From positions 135,844,001 to 135,908,000 of the forward strand of contig CM059432.1 of NCBI GenBank assembly GCA_030390025.1: a stretch of DNA of 64,000 nucleotides. Direction: 5' to 3'. Of the stretch, positions 13,949-26,365 are shown piece by piece. The stretch comes from Squalus acanthias. Taxonomy: Eukaryota. Below the pieces are notes generated by a model, which was given only the letters and a program-made list of their open reading frames with translations, was not told the origin of the DNA and did not search any database. The stretch's first letter is position 1, and each line of letters opens with the position of its first letter. The translations under genes and the position numbers were made by a program.

Positions 13949-15491
13949 GCATATTTGCAGCTCCACATGTCTCTGGGCCTCGATTAAGTGCATCCCTGGC
14001 TGTCGGATGTTGACTGAGCTGCGATTCAGCACTTTTCCCTCTTTGGCAATCGGAGGAGAGCAGAACGAGCTGTGCCAGCATCCAAGGAGTCAGCTTGGCA
14101 CTCAACTTAGTAACTGCTCACAGTGGTGCAATTGAATCCAGGAGCCCACCGTGTGTGGGGAAATCACAGGTGCAGCGCCAGTTCCCATTACTCCATGGGC
14201 AGCAAGTTATAGCCCTCCAGCCACATATTGGCTGAGATTGTAAAGTTACAAAGTTGGCGAATGACACAGGTGTCGCATAGTAAAGCATATATGGCCGTTG
14301 TTAGTTAGAGGGGGCTTGGATGCATGCTTGTGTCTGCGCTATCATTTTCTCCATATCCTAGTGCTCTAGTCTTAAAGTAGTCTTATTGAACCTCTCTGCG
14401 GCAGATTTAAAGGACACCTTTGCTACAAAAAGATTATATTAATTTTTTCCCTTATCTACCACAGAGATTCAGACGCTACCTGACAAGAGTTGGGCCACTA
14501 TCCATAAAATAGCACTTAGACACAAGTGCCTGAGCTCATTGTTCTGCTCTGCCATGTAGAAAAGAGCATGAATCAAGAAGCGCAGAAGCCAAACAGAAAT
14601 TATTATTGATTTAATCACATAATCAGCAGCAAACACTTCAGGCTAAGATAGTAAATCCATAACAGCCTGCCCACATAACCACCCTTACAAATTTTCCTGC
14701 AAACCACCGTGTGCATTTAGCAAACAGGAGATCAAGGGTCACCTTCACTTGGTGGGGAAATATTGACATTCCTAATGCTTAAATATGTTTTGAGTTAAGT
14801 GTTATCAATCAGTGATAAGAGTTGACTGTCTGTTAAACATAAATACATTGGCAAAAGGATTATAGAATGCTTTCTTGTCATAATCTCGGCCAGATAGGTG
14901 CATCTATCAGACAAAACTCTGCATGAAATCAATTGCACACAAGGTGCTGCCTGCTGTGTCTGTCCAGTACAATGAGAGAGAGAAAAAAAAAAGCAGCTCT
15001 GTGATCTTTAAGCATAACTAGTTATCTAATGGGAATAAAGCTTTAATTTTTATGTTGAACATGCAATCGATGTACTGGGATCTGTAATGTCTCGGTAAAC
15101 AGGCTGTTTAACTGTCCCTTCAGAGGGCAAGCAATTCAGTCTTCATTTACAGGCCCCATTAACAGCAGCAAAGTGCTAGATCTCATCCCCGCATACTAAT
15201 TCTGATTAAAGGCTGATGGGGGCCATTGTTTGAACATTCCACCAGCAATAACCGATTACCAGCCTAATGTTTTAACCCTTTGCCTTCCCCGCGGAAGGAA
15301 AGCTTGCGATTGTAGTGAATGTTTTTCTCCGTTGAGAGGGGGAAAAAAGTCCTCCAGCAACAGCAAACTGTTGGAGCAAATTATTCGCCAAGTGTTGTAG
15401 CCCACGAAGTCATTTTTTTTCAGTAAGCCTTCCTCTCTTGCCAAACTGTAAAATGAGCTCACATCATCAAGACTGTGAATACAATAAATTC

Positions 15492-15707
15492 TCAACAGAA
15501 AACGCTGGAAAAACTCAGCAGGCCAGGCAACATCCGTGGAGAGAGAAACAGAGTTAACGTTTCAGGTCGAAGGGTTTCAAAGGGTTTCGACCTGCAACGT
15601 TAACTCTGTTTCTCTCTCCACGGATGTTGCCTGGCCTGCTGAGTTTTTCTAGCGTTTTCTGTTGTTGTTTCAATTTTCCAGCATCTGCAGTATTTTGCTA
15701 TCGCATC
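15492..15707. mobile_element. Palindromic PLE-derived insertion (family P1)
   Basis: Inverted arms of about 80 bp (15494-15572 and 15587-15665); 11-bp TSD ACAATAAATTC at 15481-15491 and 15708-15718; arm matches the terminus at 60573-60670 that follows the GIY-YIG fragment. Confidence 0.8.
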
Positions 15708-15744
15708 ACAATAAATTCCTCCTCTACTTCCACCCCACCATCAT

Positions 15745-15907
15745 GGAGGAAAATTTCCCCCGGTCATTGCGTGTTAGTGACATTGTAAAAAACGGCAGAA
15801 AGATTTCCTCTGTTCGCTGTCTCTAGCGAAATTGTGGGAAAAAAAGGGTTCTGCCGAAAAACAACTTTGCGATTTTGCTAGAAATAGAAATGAGGAAATC
15901 TTCCCAC
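15745..15907. mobile_element. Small Harbinger-like MITE
   Basis: Imperfect TIR GGAGGAAAATTTCC / GGAAATCTTCCCAC; CAT on both flanks. Confidence 0.45.
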
Positions 15908-16043
15908 CATCGCTACAGCTTCCCTAACACACAGCGATTGAAAGGAGAGAGAATGAAAGATTTGTATGTATATGCACCTCATCATGTCTGTGAGAAACAT
16001 CTCACAGCAACTCATATTTTCTTCATTGTACAGCCACTGGGTT

Positions 16044-17125
16044 AACAACAACAACTTGCATTTATATAGCACCTTTAACGTAGTAAAACGTCCCAAGGCA
16101 CTTCACAGGAGTATTATAAGACAAAAAGTTTGACACCGAGCCACATAAGGATAAATTAGGGCAGGTGACCAAAAGCTTGGTCAAAGAGGTAGGTTTTAAG
16201 GAACGTCTTAAAGGAGGAAAGAGAGGTAGCGAGGCGGAGAGGTTTAGGGAGGGAATTCCAGAGCTTAGGGCCTAGACAACAGAAGGCACGACCACCAATG
16301 GTTGAGCGATTATAATCAGGGATGCACAAGAGGGCAGAATTAGAGGAGCGCATATATCTCGGGGGGTTGTGGGGCTGAAGGAGATTACAGAGATAGGGAG
16401 GGGCGAGGCCATGGAGGATTTGAAAACAAGGATGAGAATTTTGAAATCGAGGCTTTGCTTAACTGGGAGCCAATGTAGGTCAGTGAGCACAGGGGTGATG
16501 GGTGAACGGGACTTGGTGCGAGTTAGGACACAGGCAGCCTGAGTTTTGGATCTCCTCAAGTTTACAGAGGGTAGAACATGGGAGGCCAGCCAGGAGTGCG
16601 TTGGAATAGTCAAGTCTAGAGGGAACAAAGGCATCGATGAGGGTTTCAGCAGCAGATGAGCTGAGGCAGGAGCGGGTCAGGCGATGTTACGGAGGTGGAA
16701 GTAGGCGTTTTCTGTAATGCTGCGGATATGTGGTCGGAAGCTCATTTCAAACATGACACCAAGGTTGCGAACAGTGTGGTTCAGCCTCAGACAGATGTTA
16801 GGGGGAGGGATGGAGTCAGTGGCTAGGGAACGGAGTTTGTGGCGGGGACTGAAAACAATGGCTTCGGTCTTCCCAATATTTAATTGGAGAAAATTTCTGC
16901 TCATCCAGATTTGGATGTCGGACAAGCAGTCTGACAATTTAGAGAAAGTGGAGGGGTCGAGAGAAGTGGTAGTGAGGTAGAGCTGGGTGTCGTCGGCGTA
17001 CATGTGGAAACTGACGCTGTGTTTTCGGATGATGTTGCCACATGTAGATGAGAAATAGGAGGGGTCAAGGATAGATCCTCGGGGGACACCAGAGGTAACA
17101 ATGCAGGAGCGGGAAGAGAAGCTGT
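16044..17125 (-). mobile_element. L2 LINE, RT C-terminal half and 3' end
   Basis: YADDTQLY...LQLNIGKTE...; LHWLPV; LWNSLP...LKTYLFDQAF. Confidence 0.95.
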
Positions 17126-17394
17126 TAAGGGGTGATTCAATTCAAGTTTTCAAGATATTAAGGGGAACTGATAGGGTAGATAGAGAGAAACTATTTCTGC
17201 TGGTTGGTGATTCTAGGACTAGAGGATATAGTCTAAAAAATTAGAGCCAGACCTTTCAGGGGTGAAATTAAGAAACACTTCTACACGCAAAGAGTGGTAG
17301 ATGTTTGGAACTCTCTTCCACAAACGACAATTGTTGCTAGATCAATTGTTAATTTTAAATCTGAGATTGATAGATTTTTGTTAATTAAAGGTAT

Positions 17395-17658
17395 TGTGGC
17401 GGATCGCCACCTAAAACGGGCATAATCCACTCTTCCGTCTGTGGACAAACTTCCAGCACCTTCCCCTTTAAGGCACATTACCTTTAAGGCAGAAGGGGGC
17501 GGGGCCTCAGGTTTTACCCAGAGAATTCTGGGAGTTTTTAGCAGAGAATGCTGGGAGCAGCTCTCTCAGCCATTTTTGCGTGCCATGCAGTGAATAAAAG
17601 TTTCTTGTTTTCCACATATGGATTCAGCCTCCATTCGTGTTTCGCGGCAGCCTCAACA
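17395..17658 (+). repeat. 5' LTR
   Basis: Direct repeat of 21521-21784 with 2 mismatches; contains AATAAA and a GC box. Confidence 0.97.
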
Positions 17659-17659
17659 T

Positions 17660-17673
17660 TGGTGACCCCGACG
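17660..17673 (+). promoter_or_regulatory. Primer binding site, tRNA-Trp
   Basis: TGGTGACCCCGACG is complementary to the tRNA-Trp 3' end (same as the avian retroviral Trp PBS). Confidence 0.85.
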
Positions 17674-17698
17674 CTCAGAACGTATTCCGAGCACTGCA

Positions 17699-20600
17699 AT
17701 GGCGGACACGAACGCAGTTTCCGTGAAACTGACGGAGTTTTGGGAAAACCAGCCCGAAGCCTGGTTTCTCCAAGCTGAATCTCGCTTCCGGCTGCGAAAT
17801 ATCACCACAGATGGGACGAAGTACGACTATCTCGTCACATCACTCAGTAGCGCCGCAGTTTCCAAGGTTTGGACAACGCTGCAGAACCCACCAGAGGAAG
17901 GCAAGTACGCACATCTCAGAACAGCGCTCCTTAAAAAATTTACGGCCTCGGCATATCAGCGAAACTGTCACCTCCTCGACCTTCCAGGCCTCGGTGATGC
18001 CTCACCGTCAGACCTCCTCTCCCACATGCTCTCCCTCACTGACGAGAGCCCACCCGATCCCTCTTCCGCACGCTGTTCATCCGCCAGCTCCCTCTCAGCA
18101 TCCGCCCAGCGATCGTGGCGTCCGGCCTCACGAACCTGGAAGCCCTGGCCGATGAGGCCGACAAGCTGCTGTCCGCTCACTCCAGCTGCGACGTCACTCC
18201 GGACCTGGCAGCCAATGCCTGGGCGCGCCCCTCACCATCCAGCACACAGCCACAAGGGCCTGTCACCAGGCCCACGGGGCCTTCACGCCCCACTAACCCG
18301 GGCTACTGTTACTACCACGCACGGTTCGGCGCCAGGGCACAATGGTGCACACCTCCCTGCTCTTTCAAGTCCGCCCCCGTTCCAGCCCCCGCGATGGCCG
18401 TGGGCCACGCGGGCTCCCTGCTGTTCGTCACAGGTGACAAAACCGGCCGTCGGTTCCTGTGCGACACTGGGGCTCAGCACAGCATCAACCTCCCTCGACA
18501 TCCAAAAGGGCAAACGAGGACCGGCGCTGGCTGCTGCTAACGGCTCGGAAATCCGGACGTATGGCACCCGGACAGTCACCCTCGACCTCGCTGGTCACCG
18601 CTACTGATGGGAGTTCATCACTGCCAAGGTGCTCTCCCCCCTCATCGGCGCAGATTTCCTGTGAGCCCACGGCTTACTGGTAGACATCCCTTGTCACCGC
18701 CTCGTGGACATGAACACCATGTCCTCCATCCTGGGTGCCATGGCCCCCCATCAACCCGCCGACATGGCGTCACAGTGCCACGCCCGGGCCACGGATGACT
18801 ACTCGGCACTCCTGGCCGAATTCCCGGCCCTTACCAATCCGACCTTCTCCGCGGAGGCCGCCAAACATGGGGTGGAACACTTCATCCCCACCACAGGCCC
18901 CCCAGTGTACGCCCATGCCCGCAGGCTGGACCCGGCCAAACTGGAGATCGCGCGGACCGAGTTTGCCACCATGGAATAGCTTGGCATCATCCGCTGCTCC
19001 AACAGTCCCTGGGCCTCCCCACTCCACATCGCCCCCAAACCAGGCGGAGGTTGGCGCCCCTGCGGGGATTAGTGCCGCCTCAATGACGCCACCACCCCTG
19101 ATCGGTACCCCGTGCCGCACATTCAGGACTTCTCGGCTAGACTATCTGGCCGCTCAGTCTTTTCCAAGGTCGACCTGGTGCGCGGCTACCACCAAGTCCC
19201 CGTCCACCCCGCGGACGTCCCCAAGACAGCCGTAATCACCCCCTTCGGCCTGTTCGAGTTCCTGCGGATGCCCTTCGGCCTCAAAAACGCGGCCCAGGCA
19301 TTCCAACGGCTCATGGACTCGGTCCTTCGGGACCTGAAGTTCCTGTTCGTCTACCTGGACGACATCCTGGTCGCCAGTTCCTCCAAGCAGGAACACCTCG
19401 AACACCTTCGCATCCTGTTCGGGCGCCTCAGCGACCACGGGCTCATCCTCAGCCCAGCCAAATGCCAGTTCGGCCTGGACAAGATCGACTTCCTCGGCCA
19501 CCACATCACCCATGCTGGGGCCATTCCCCTGCCCACCAAGGTGCAGGCCGTCCAACAATTTCCCCGCCCCACCACCATCAAAGGCCTCCAGGAGTTCCTC
19601 GGGATGGTGAATTTCTATAGCCGCTTCATCCCCAAAGCGGCGTCCCTCATGAGGCCCCTGTATGAAGCCCTCCGGGGCAGGAGCGGCAAGATGGCGGTCG
19701 AATGGACGGCAGACGCGTCCGCCGCCTTCGATTCCACCAAGACCGTGCTCGCCAACGCCACCCTGCTCGCGCACCCACGGCCCAATGCCAGGGTAGCGCT
19801 CACCACGGACGCCTCCGACCACGCGGTCGGCGCCGTGTATGAGCAGTGGGTCGACGGCGCCTGGCAACCACTTGCCTTCTTCAGCCGCCAGCTACGCCCC
19901 CCGGAGGTCAAGTACAGCAGCTTCGACCGCGAGCTCCTCGCGCTGTTCCTGGCGGTCCGCCATTTCCGGTTTTTGCTTGAGGGCCACCCCTTCACTGCGT
20001 TTGTCGACCAGAAGCCCCTGACATTCGCAATGGCAAAGACAACCGACCCCTGGTCCGCCAGGCTGCAGCGCCAGCTCGCGGCAGTGTCCGAGTTCACCAC
20101 GGACATCCAACACGTCTCCGGCCGAGACAATGTGGTAGCCGACTGCCTCTCCTGCCCCGCCATCCACGCCGCACACCTAGCAGTCGACTACGCTCAACTC
20201 GCAGCAGACCAGATCACCGACCCTGGTCTGCTCTCCGCACCCACCAACCTACCAGGGCTACGCCTGGCCGACGTCGCCTGTGGCCCGACCGCAGTCACTG
20301 TCAAGTGCGACATATCCCTATGTCAACCTCGGCCCGTCGTCCCAGCATCCTGGCGCCGCCAGGTATTCGACATTCTCCACAACCTCTCCCACCCCGGCGC
20401 CCGCGCATCCATCAAATTGGTAGCCAACCGCTTCGTCTGGCGCGGCCTTCGAAAGGATGTGCGTACTTTGGCCAACTCCTGTCTAGCCTGCCAACGGGCC
20501 AAGGTACAGCAACACACGAAAGCACCCCTCGAGGAGTTTACCGTCCCCTCGCGGAGATTCGACCACATCCACGTGGACATCGTCGGGCCCCTGCCGCCGT

Positions 20601-21499
20601 CGCAAGGCCACACGCACTTGCTGACCATCGTTGACCGCACCACACGCTGGCCTGAGGCAATTCCACTGACCTCTACCACCACCTGCCGACATCGCCAGAG
20701 CCTTCGTCAGCACCTGGGTCGCACGGTTCGGCGTCCCCTCTGACATGACGTCGGACAGAGGTCCGCAATTTACCTCTGAACTCTGGACCGCCGTCGCAAT
20801 CTTGGGACGACCATTCATCGCACCACAGCGTACCACCCCCAAGCCAACGGACTGTGTGAGCGGTTCCACAGATCCTTGAAGGCATCTCTTCGAGCCAGCC
20901 TCCAAGACGGCGCCTGGACCGACCGACTTCCGTGGGTCCTCCTCGGCCTGCGCACCGCGGTTAAAGAAGACCTCCATGCATCGGCAGCAGAGCTCATGTA
21001 TGGTCAGCCGCTGCGCGTACCCGGCGAGTTCCTGCCCACCGCCACGACACCCTGGTCAGCCGACCAGCAACGCCACGACTTCGCCTCACCGGCGCTGCAG
21101 TTCGCCCCGGTGCCCATTGCCTGACACGACAAATCCACCTCACACGTCCCACTAAGCCTGCACCAGGCACGGTTTGTTTTCGTCCGGCACGACGCCCACC
21201 GCGGACCCCTTCAACCCCTGTACGACGGGCCCTACAAGGTGCTACAGGCTGGGGACAAATTTTTCACCCTGCAAGTGGGCGACAGGACCGAAAAAGTGTC
21301 GGTGGACCGACTCAAGCCAGCACACTCGGAGCCCGGGGAGCAGGTCCCTGTAGCTCGTCCACCTCCACGCGGCCGACCTGCCCTCAAGCCGGTTCACCCG
21401 GCTGCTCCACGCCCGGCCGTTCCACGTCCACCGGCGTCCTACAAGAGCCGCTCCGTCCGGCCCATCAGACCGCCGCACCGTCTCGTCCACACCTCCTAA
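17699..21499 (+). pseudogene. gag-pol: Disrupted gag-pol polyprotein
   Basis: Gag FWENQPEAWFLQAE and CYYHARFGARAQWCTPPC; protease FLCDTGA; RT YLDD; RNase H TDAS; integrase HNLSH..CLAC, DIVGP, SDRGPQF. Stops at 18605, 18662, 18977, 19069 and 21122; frameshifts at about 18058, 18487, 20683 and 20800. Confidence 0.92.
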
Positions 21500-21508
21500 G
21501 CGGATTCT

Positions 21509-21517
21509 GGGGGGGAG
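21509..21517 (+). promoter_or_regulatory. Polypurine tract
   Basis: GGGGGGGAG just upstream of the 3' LTR. Confidence 0.8.
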
Positions 21518-21520
21518 CTG

Positions 21521-21784
21521 TGTGGCGGATTGCCACCTAAAACGGGCATAATCCACTCTTCCGTCTGTGGACAAACTTCCAGCACCTTCCCCTTTAAGGC
21601 ACATTACCTTTAAGGCAGAAGGGGGCGGGGCCTCAGGTTTTACCCAGAGAATTCTGGGAGTTTTTAGCAGAGAATGCTGGGAGCAGCTCTCTCAGCCATT
21701 TTTGTGTGCCATGCAGTGAATAAAAGTTTCTTGTTTTCCACATATGGATTCAGCCTCCATTCGTGTTTCGCGGCAGCCTCAACA
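21521..21784 (+). repeat. 3' LTR
   Basis: Direct repeat of 17395-17658, followed by GTAT. Confidence 0.97.
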
Positions 21785-22599
21785 GTATTAAGGGATATGG
21801 GGGGCAAAAGCCTTCACCGTGGACTTAGGTCACAGATCAGCCATGATCTCACTGAATGGCGAAACAGGCTCGAGGGGCTAAATGGCCTATTTCCCTGTTC
21901 CTATGTTCCACTGTTGTTGTGTAGGCAAATGCAGTAACGCACAGCAAGATCTCACAATCAAACAATTGAGGAATGACCAATTGATCTGTTTTTCCGGTGT
22001 TGACTGAGAGACTAATATTGGCTAGAGCATCAGGAGAACGAGTGAGGGAGTCACTCGGGTGTTGCGGGAGGGAGGGAGGGAGGCAGGGGCAGGGGTCTCC
22101 CCATTTTTTTTATCTGATGACATTTTGAGTTGTGTTGTGCATTCATCGTAGGGTTGCACCTTATTACCTGATTCTCAGTGATGTTTCTCTAATGAGAGCA
22201 GAATGTAATAAATAAAGGACATCACGTGGGCCCTGCTGTGATGCGGTATTGCATTTATAAAGGTGGACCCAATTACTAAAGAAGCACAGAATATATCTGT
22301 TTGTGTATACTATATAATTGTGATAGCACATCCAGCCCTATGTGCAGCACTATTTACGCAATGAGATACTGAGAGATGTCAGCACTCTTATTGTCTAAAG
22401 TAGCGATTACCTGCTGGTGATATTTTTCTGAGTACCTATCGGCAGCAAGGGACCTCACATGACATCAGTGTAAATCAGAGCATCGTGGCAGTGTTCCCGG
22501 AAATTTCTGATGAGCACAGTTCGACAGGTAAGACTCCTCACTCTGAGCACGCGTTTCAAATATTCAGGCTCTACCTGTTTATTAAGTCAAAGAAATTCT

Positions 22600-22890
22600 C
22601 CCATCCTTACCCACCGAGATCTCTGCTTTCCTCCAATTCCGGCCTCTTGCGCATCCCCCGATTTCCTTCGTCCCACCATTGGCGGTCGTGCCTTCAGCTG
22701 CCTAGGCCATAAGCTCTGGAATTCCCTCCCTATACCTCTCGGCTTCTCTACCTCTCTCTCCTCCATTAAGATGATCCTTAAAATCTACCTCCTGTCCTAA
22801 TAGCTGTGTCAAATTTTTGTCTGATAACGCTCCTGTGAAGCGTTTTGGGATATTTTACTACGTTAAAGTTGCGATACAAGTTGTTGTTGA
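22600..22890 (+). mobile_element. L2 LINE 3' end
   Basis: TIGGRAFSCLGHKLWNSLP; (GTT)n tail. Confidence 0.85.
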
Positions 22891-22949
22891 AGTAGCTGAG
22901 ATGTTGGGTTATGGTTTCATAGATGCTGGTAGGTGCCCCAATGGTCTCT

Positions 22950-23075
22950 CTGCGTATGCTGATGGGGTTAGATGAAGTCGGCCGGGAGGAGGCTTGTGTG
23001 GAGCATAAACGCCGGCATAGACCAGTTGGGCCGAATAGCCTGTTTTTGGGCTGTAGACTCGATGTAACTCGATAT
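22950..23075 (+). mobile_element. CR1 3'UTR fragment
   Basis: GTGGAGCATAAAC...TTGGGCCGAATAGCCTG followed by a short repeated tail; similar to 47325-47440 (reverse). Confidence 0.6.
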
Positions 23076-24095
23076 GTGAGCCTACACAGTCAACATTAGT
23101 TTACTATTTGATCATGGAAGCCTCACATGTCAGGCCAATCCTGTACTCACATGACGTCCATGCATGACGTATCACTAGCAGGCTTACTGGCCAGTTATCA
23201 GCAATGGGAACCGTGGCTAATTTTTTTTTTAACTCTCTCTAGTGCAGCAACACCGTGGCCAATTGTAGAACCCTATTACTATCCTGGTTCAAGTCAGAGA
23301 TTGAACCTGGGACCTTTCTGGTTTGTCTGGCTCAGTAAGACATCTTGTGAAACGTCTACCAGTAAGTGACTGGAAGAGCTTATTTGTTAATGTATGTCTT
23401 AAATGTTGCGTTTTTTTACTGAATAATCCTCTAACCACAGATGTGGAGCAGTATCCAAAATAATTCATTAGTAGTTTCTAAGGTGCATTGTTCCTAATAT
23501 TCATGGTGGCTTGTTGAGACATGTATCTTTCTGGTCCAAGGACTATTTGTATTGTATAAGAATAATTATAATGCACTGAATTCCACTTGTCATGATTGGT
23601 CTTACTGCCATTTCCTGCTTTGTGCCTCCTCTTTCTAAAGTCCCATTTCTTTTCATTACATTCCCATTCATTTCGTAATCCAATAAAGGCACTTTTTTGT
23701 TGCCAATTTCTGCCTTGCGTCACTTCTTTACCCATAATCTCCATACACTTGCACACTCCATTAATATTTACCTGTCACGTCAGTCAGATGTAAGCTCCCA
23801 CTAATTGGCCACTATTAACAAAAAAATCTCCACAGAATCACAGTCGCAGCCACTGCAGAAAGGAACAGGCTCAAACGTTTCAGTCATTTCTTTATATTTT
23901 CTCTCCTGATTCTTCCTCTCCTGAATATGTTCACTCAGGCACTGGGACACAGTTCCACAATGGTGCTAGCAACCTTCTGCTACCTTCTAAAGGTCCAGCT
24001 GAAATCAGTTGGACAATCTTGGTTTGTTGGTGTTTAGCCTGAAATGAATAATAACAGGAGCTTCTTGTGATATATATATATATATATAAACATAT

Positions 24096-24500
24096 TGCCC
24101 GATACGAGACTCCCAAAACAAGCGCTCTACTCGGAGCTCCGACACGGCAAGAGAGCCCCAGGTGGGCAGCAGAAACGCTTCAAGGACACCCTCAAAGCCT
24201 CCTTGAAAAAGTGCAACATCCCCTCCGACACCTGGGAATCCCTGGCCCAAGACCGCACAAAGTGAGGAGAAGCATCCGGGAAGGCGCCGAACACCCCGAG
24301 TCTCTTCGCCAGGAGCAAGCGGAAGCCAAGTGGAAGGAGCGCACGTCAACCCAAGCACCCCACCTACCCTTCAACCACTGTCTGCCCCACCTGTGACAGA
24401 GACTGTAAGTACCGCATTGGACTCATCAGTCACCTGAGAACTCATTTTTAATGTGGAAGGAAGTCATCCTCGGTTCCGAGGGACTGCCTAAGAAGAGAAG
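24096..24500 (+). mobile_element. RTE-clade LINE 3' end
   Basis: Close copy of 7791-8221 with small deletions. Confidence 0.9.
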
Positions 24501-25039
24501 ATATAAACATATAACACTTACAGCCTTGCTCTTAGAGATCTCATCAACCATCCAATCACCAAAGGCTCATGAGTGATCTCAAGCTGATCTTTTCTAGTGT
24601 TCTTATTTAAAAATCTAGCCAAATGTTATTATGGACAATAAATAACTAGGAAAGTATTAACACATCAACTGTGATCTCTTAAGCCATAAAAGTGTAGTGA
24701 TTTATTGCTTTCTGAACCCGTTGATATGTTGTCTTCTTGTAGCAATGCTACGATACTTTCTATTCACTCTAGCTCAAAGAATAATATGTAGAACTGTATT
24801 TTATTTTCTCATCCACTCTTTAGATCGTCCCGCGCTCAAAGGACCAGGAGCTTCTCCCTGAACCCTGCTTATGGGATTCTTCAAATGGATATTAGATTGC
24901 ATACACAAGTGACCTGGGTTGGATGATGGGGAGGTACCTGGTCTAAGGCTTCCAGGGATGCCTTTTTTGATTGCATTGTCAAGATTAGGAACCTGCCATA
25001 TGGAGAATCTAAGTACAAAGTTGCACCTTATCAACTCGC

Positions 25040-26365
25040 ATCAACTGCCATTTGCGGAGGAGAGTTACAAACTCCTGAAAGGCCTGGCTCTAATTTTTAG
25101 GCTATGTCCCCTAGTCCTGGAGTATCGTGAGGGTTTCGATCGGCTCACCCCTCAGCCTTCTAAATTCCGTGGTGTACAGCCCTAGTTTGTGTAATCTCTC
25201 CTTGTAGTTTAACCCTTGGAGTCCAGGTATCATTCTGGTGGGTCTACGTTGCACCCCCTCCAGGGCCAATATTTCCTTCCTGGGGTGTGGTGCCCGGAGC
25301 TAAGCATGGTGCTCCAGGTATGGTCTAGCTAGGACTATGTATGGTTGTAGCAAGGGCGGGGGGGAATTTTTATCTTAAAAACCAGGTGGGTTTGGAGCAT
25401 GGAGGTAATTAAATTGTTAAAATTCGGATTCCCGACCAGAACCCGCCCTCAACCCGGACACTTCCGGTTTTAATGGAGGCGGGACAGTGCGGGGGTGGGG
25501 GGTGAGGGTGGTGGTGAGCAGCCAACCCGCTCCAGGAGGCAGAACATCAATTTCAATATTATAATAATTATAATCTTTTTTAGCCTCCATTTTGTTTTTT
25601 ATCTGCATCTGGATGGGTTTCACACACTTTGTAAAACCCGGCAGTTACAGCAAGGCGGGGACTGCTGCATCCAGGAGGCAAGTGCCTTTATACCTTCCTC
25701 CTGGATCCAGGGTCCCTGCCTAACCCACCCTCCGCAATCGGAGACCCTCTCATGAGGCCTCCGATCACCTTCCTGGACTCCGCCCCCTACGCTCATCCTG
25801 AGGCTTGCCACGATCCTCTGGTGGCCGGCCTCAATCTTCCTTCCTCCCACTCCCTCCATCGGCATCAGGCCAGCCACGATCCTTTGATGGCCAGCCCCGA
25901 AGTGATCTTTCCCCCCGACCTCAGTTCCTCGATGTTGGTGATCTTCTCCCTCACCCCTGTCCCACGATCTTGACGATCTTTCATCAACCACCCCCCCCCG
26001 CCCCCATTCTCCAGAGGCCGGCACCAGCCCCCACCTGAACCCTCCCTCCCTCCTCTGTGCGGCCTAGTGCCGCAGGCCTACCTGCCCCGCCCGCAGCCCT
26101 CCAGCCTCTTCACCTGGCTGGCTGCAGTCAGGAAACCGAGGCCTTGCACGCAAATCAGGCCCTGTGTATTAAAATCGGCAGGGCCTGCGGGAAACCCGGC
26201 CTCCTGGGTTTCCTGACCGTCTCGAAGCCCGCCCCTGCCCCCCCCACGCCCATAACCCGCCTTCCTCCTTAAAATCCAGCCCATGGCTTCTACCCCCTTG
26301 TATTCTAGTCCTCTAGATATAGGGGCCAGTATCCGATTAGTCTTTTTGATTATTTTCTGAGTACA
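25040..26365 (-). mobile_element. Old CR1 fragment interrupted by the MITE at 25354-26282
   Basis: Minus strand reads ILAPISRGLEYKGVE..., and CR1-like sequence continues on the other side of the MITE. Confidence 0.65.
25354..26282. mobile_element. Harbinger-like MITE
   Basis: Right TIR AAAATCCAGCCC; degenerate left end; shares internal sequence with 8254-9025. Confidence 0.7.

Larger units (their letters stand above)
17395..21784 (+). mobile_element. Full-length Ty3/Gypsy LTR retrotransposon, CsRn1-like clade
   Basis: 264-bp TG...CA LTRs; 4-bp TSD GTAT; tRNA-Trp PBS; PPT; domain order gag-PR-RT-RH-IN; CHCC Gag motif. Confidence 0.95.
17128..21907 (+). mobile_element. CR1 3' end split by the LTR element (17128-17394 and 21785-21907)
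   Basis: VFKILRG...FYTQRVVDVWNSLP...EIDRFL..KG|IKGYG reads continuously across the GTAT TSD. Confidence 0.85.

Noticed and set aside
19154..20682. Long antisense ORFs within the Gypsy element
   Set aside because: Expected shadow frames of GC-rich coding sequence; no recognisable domains
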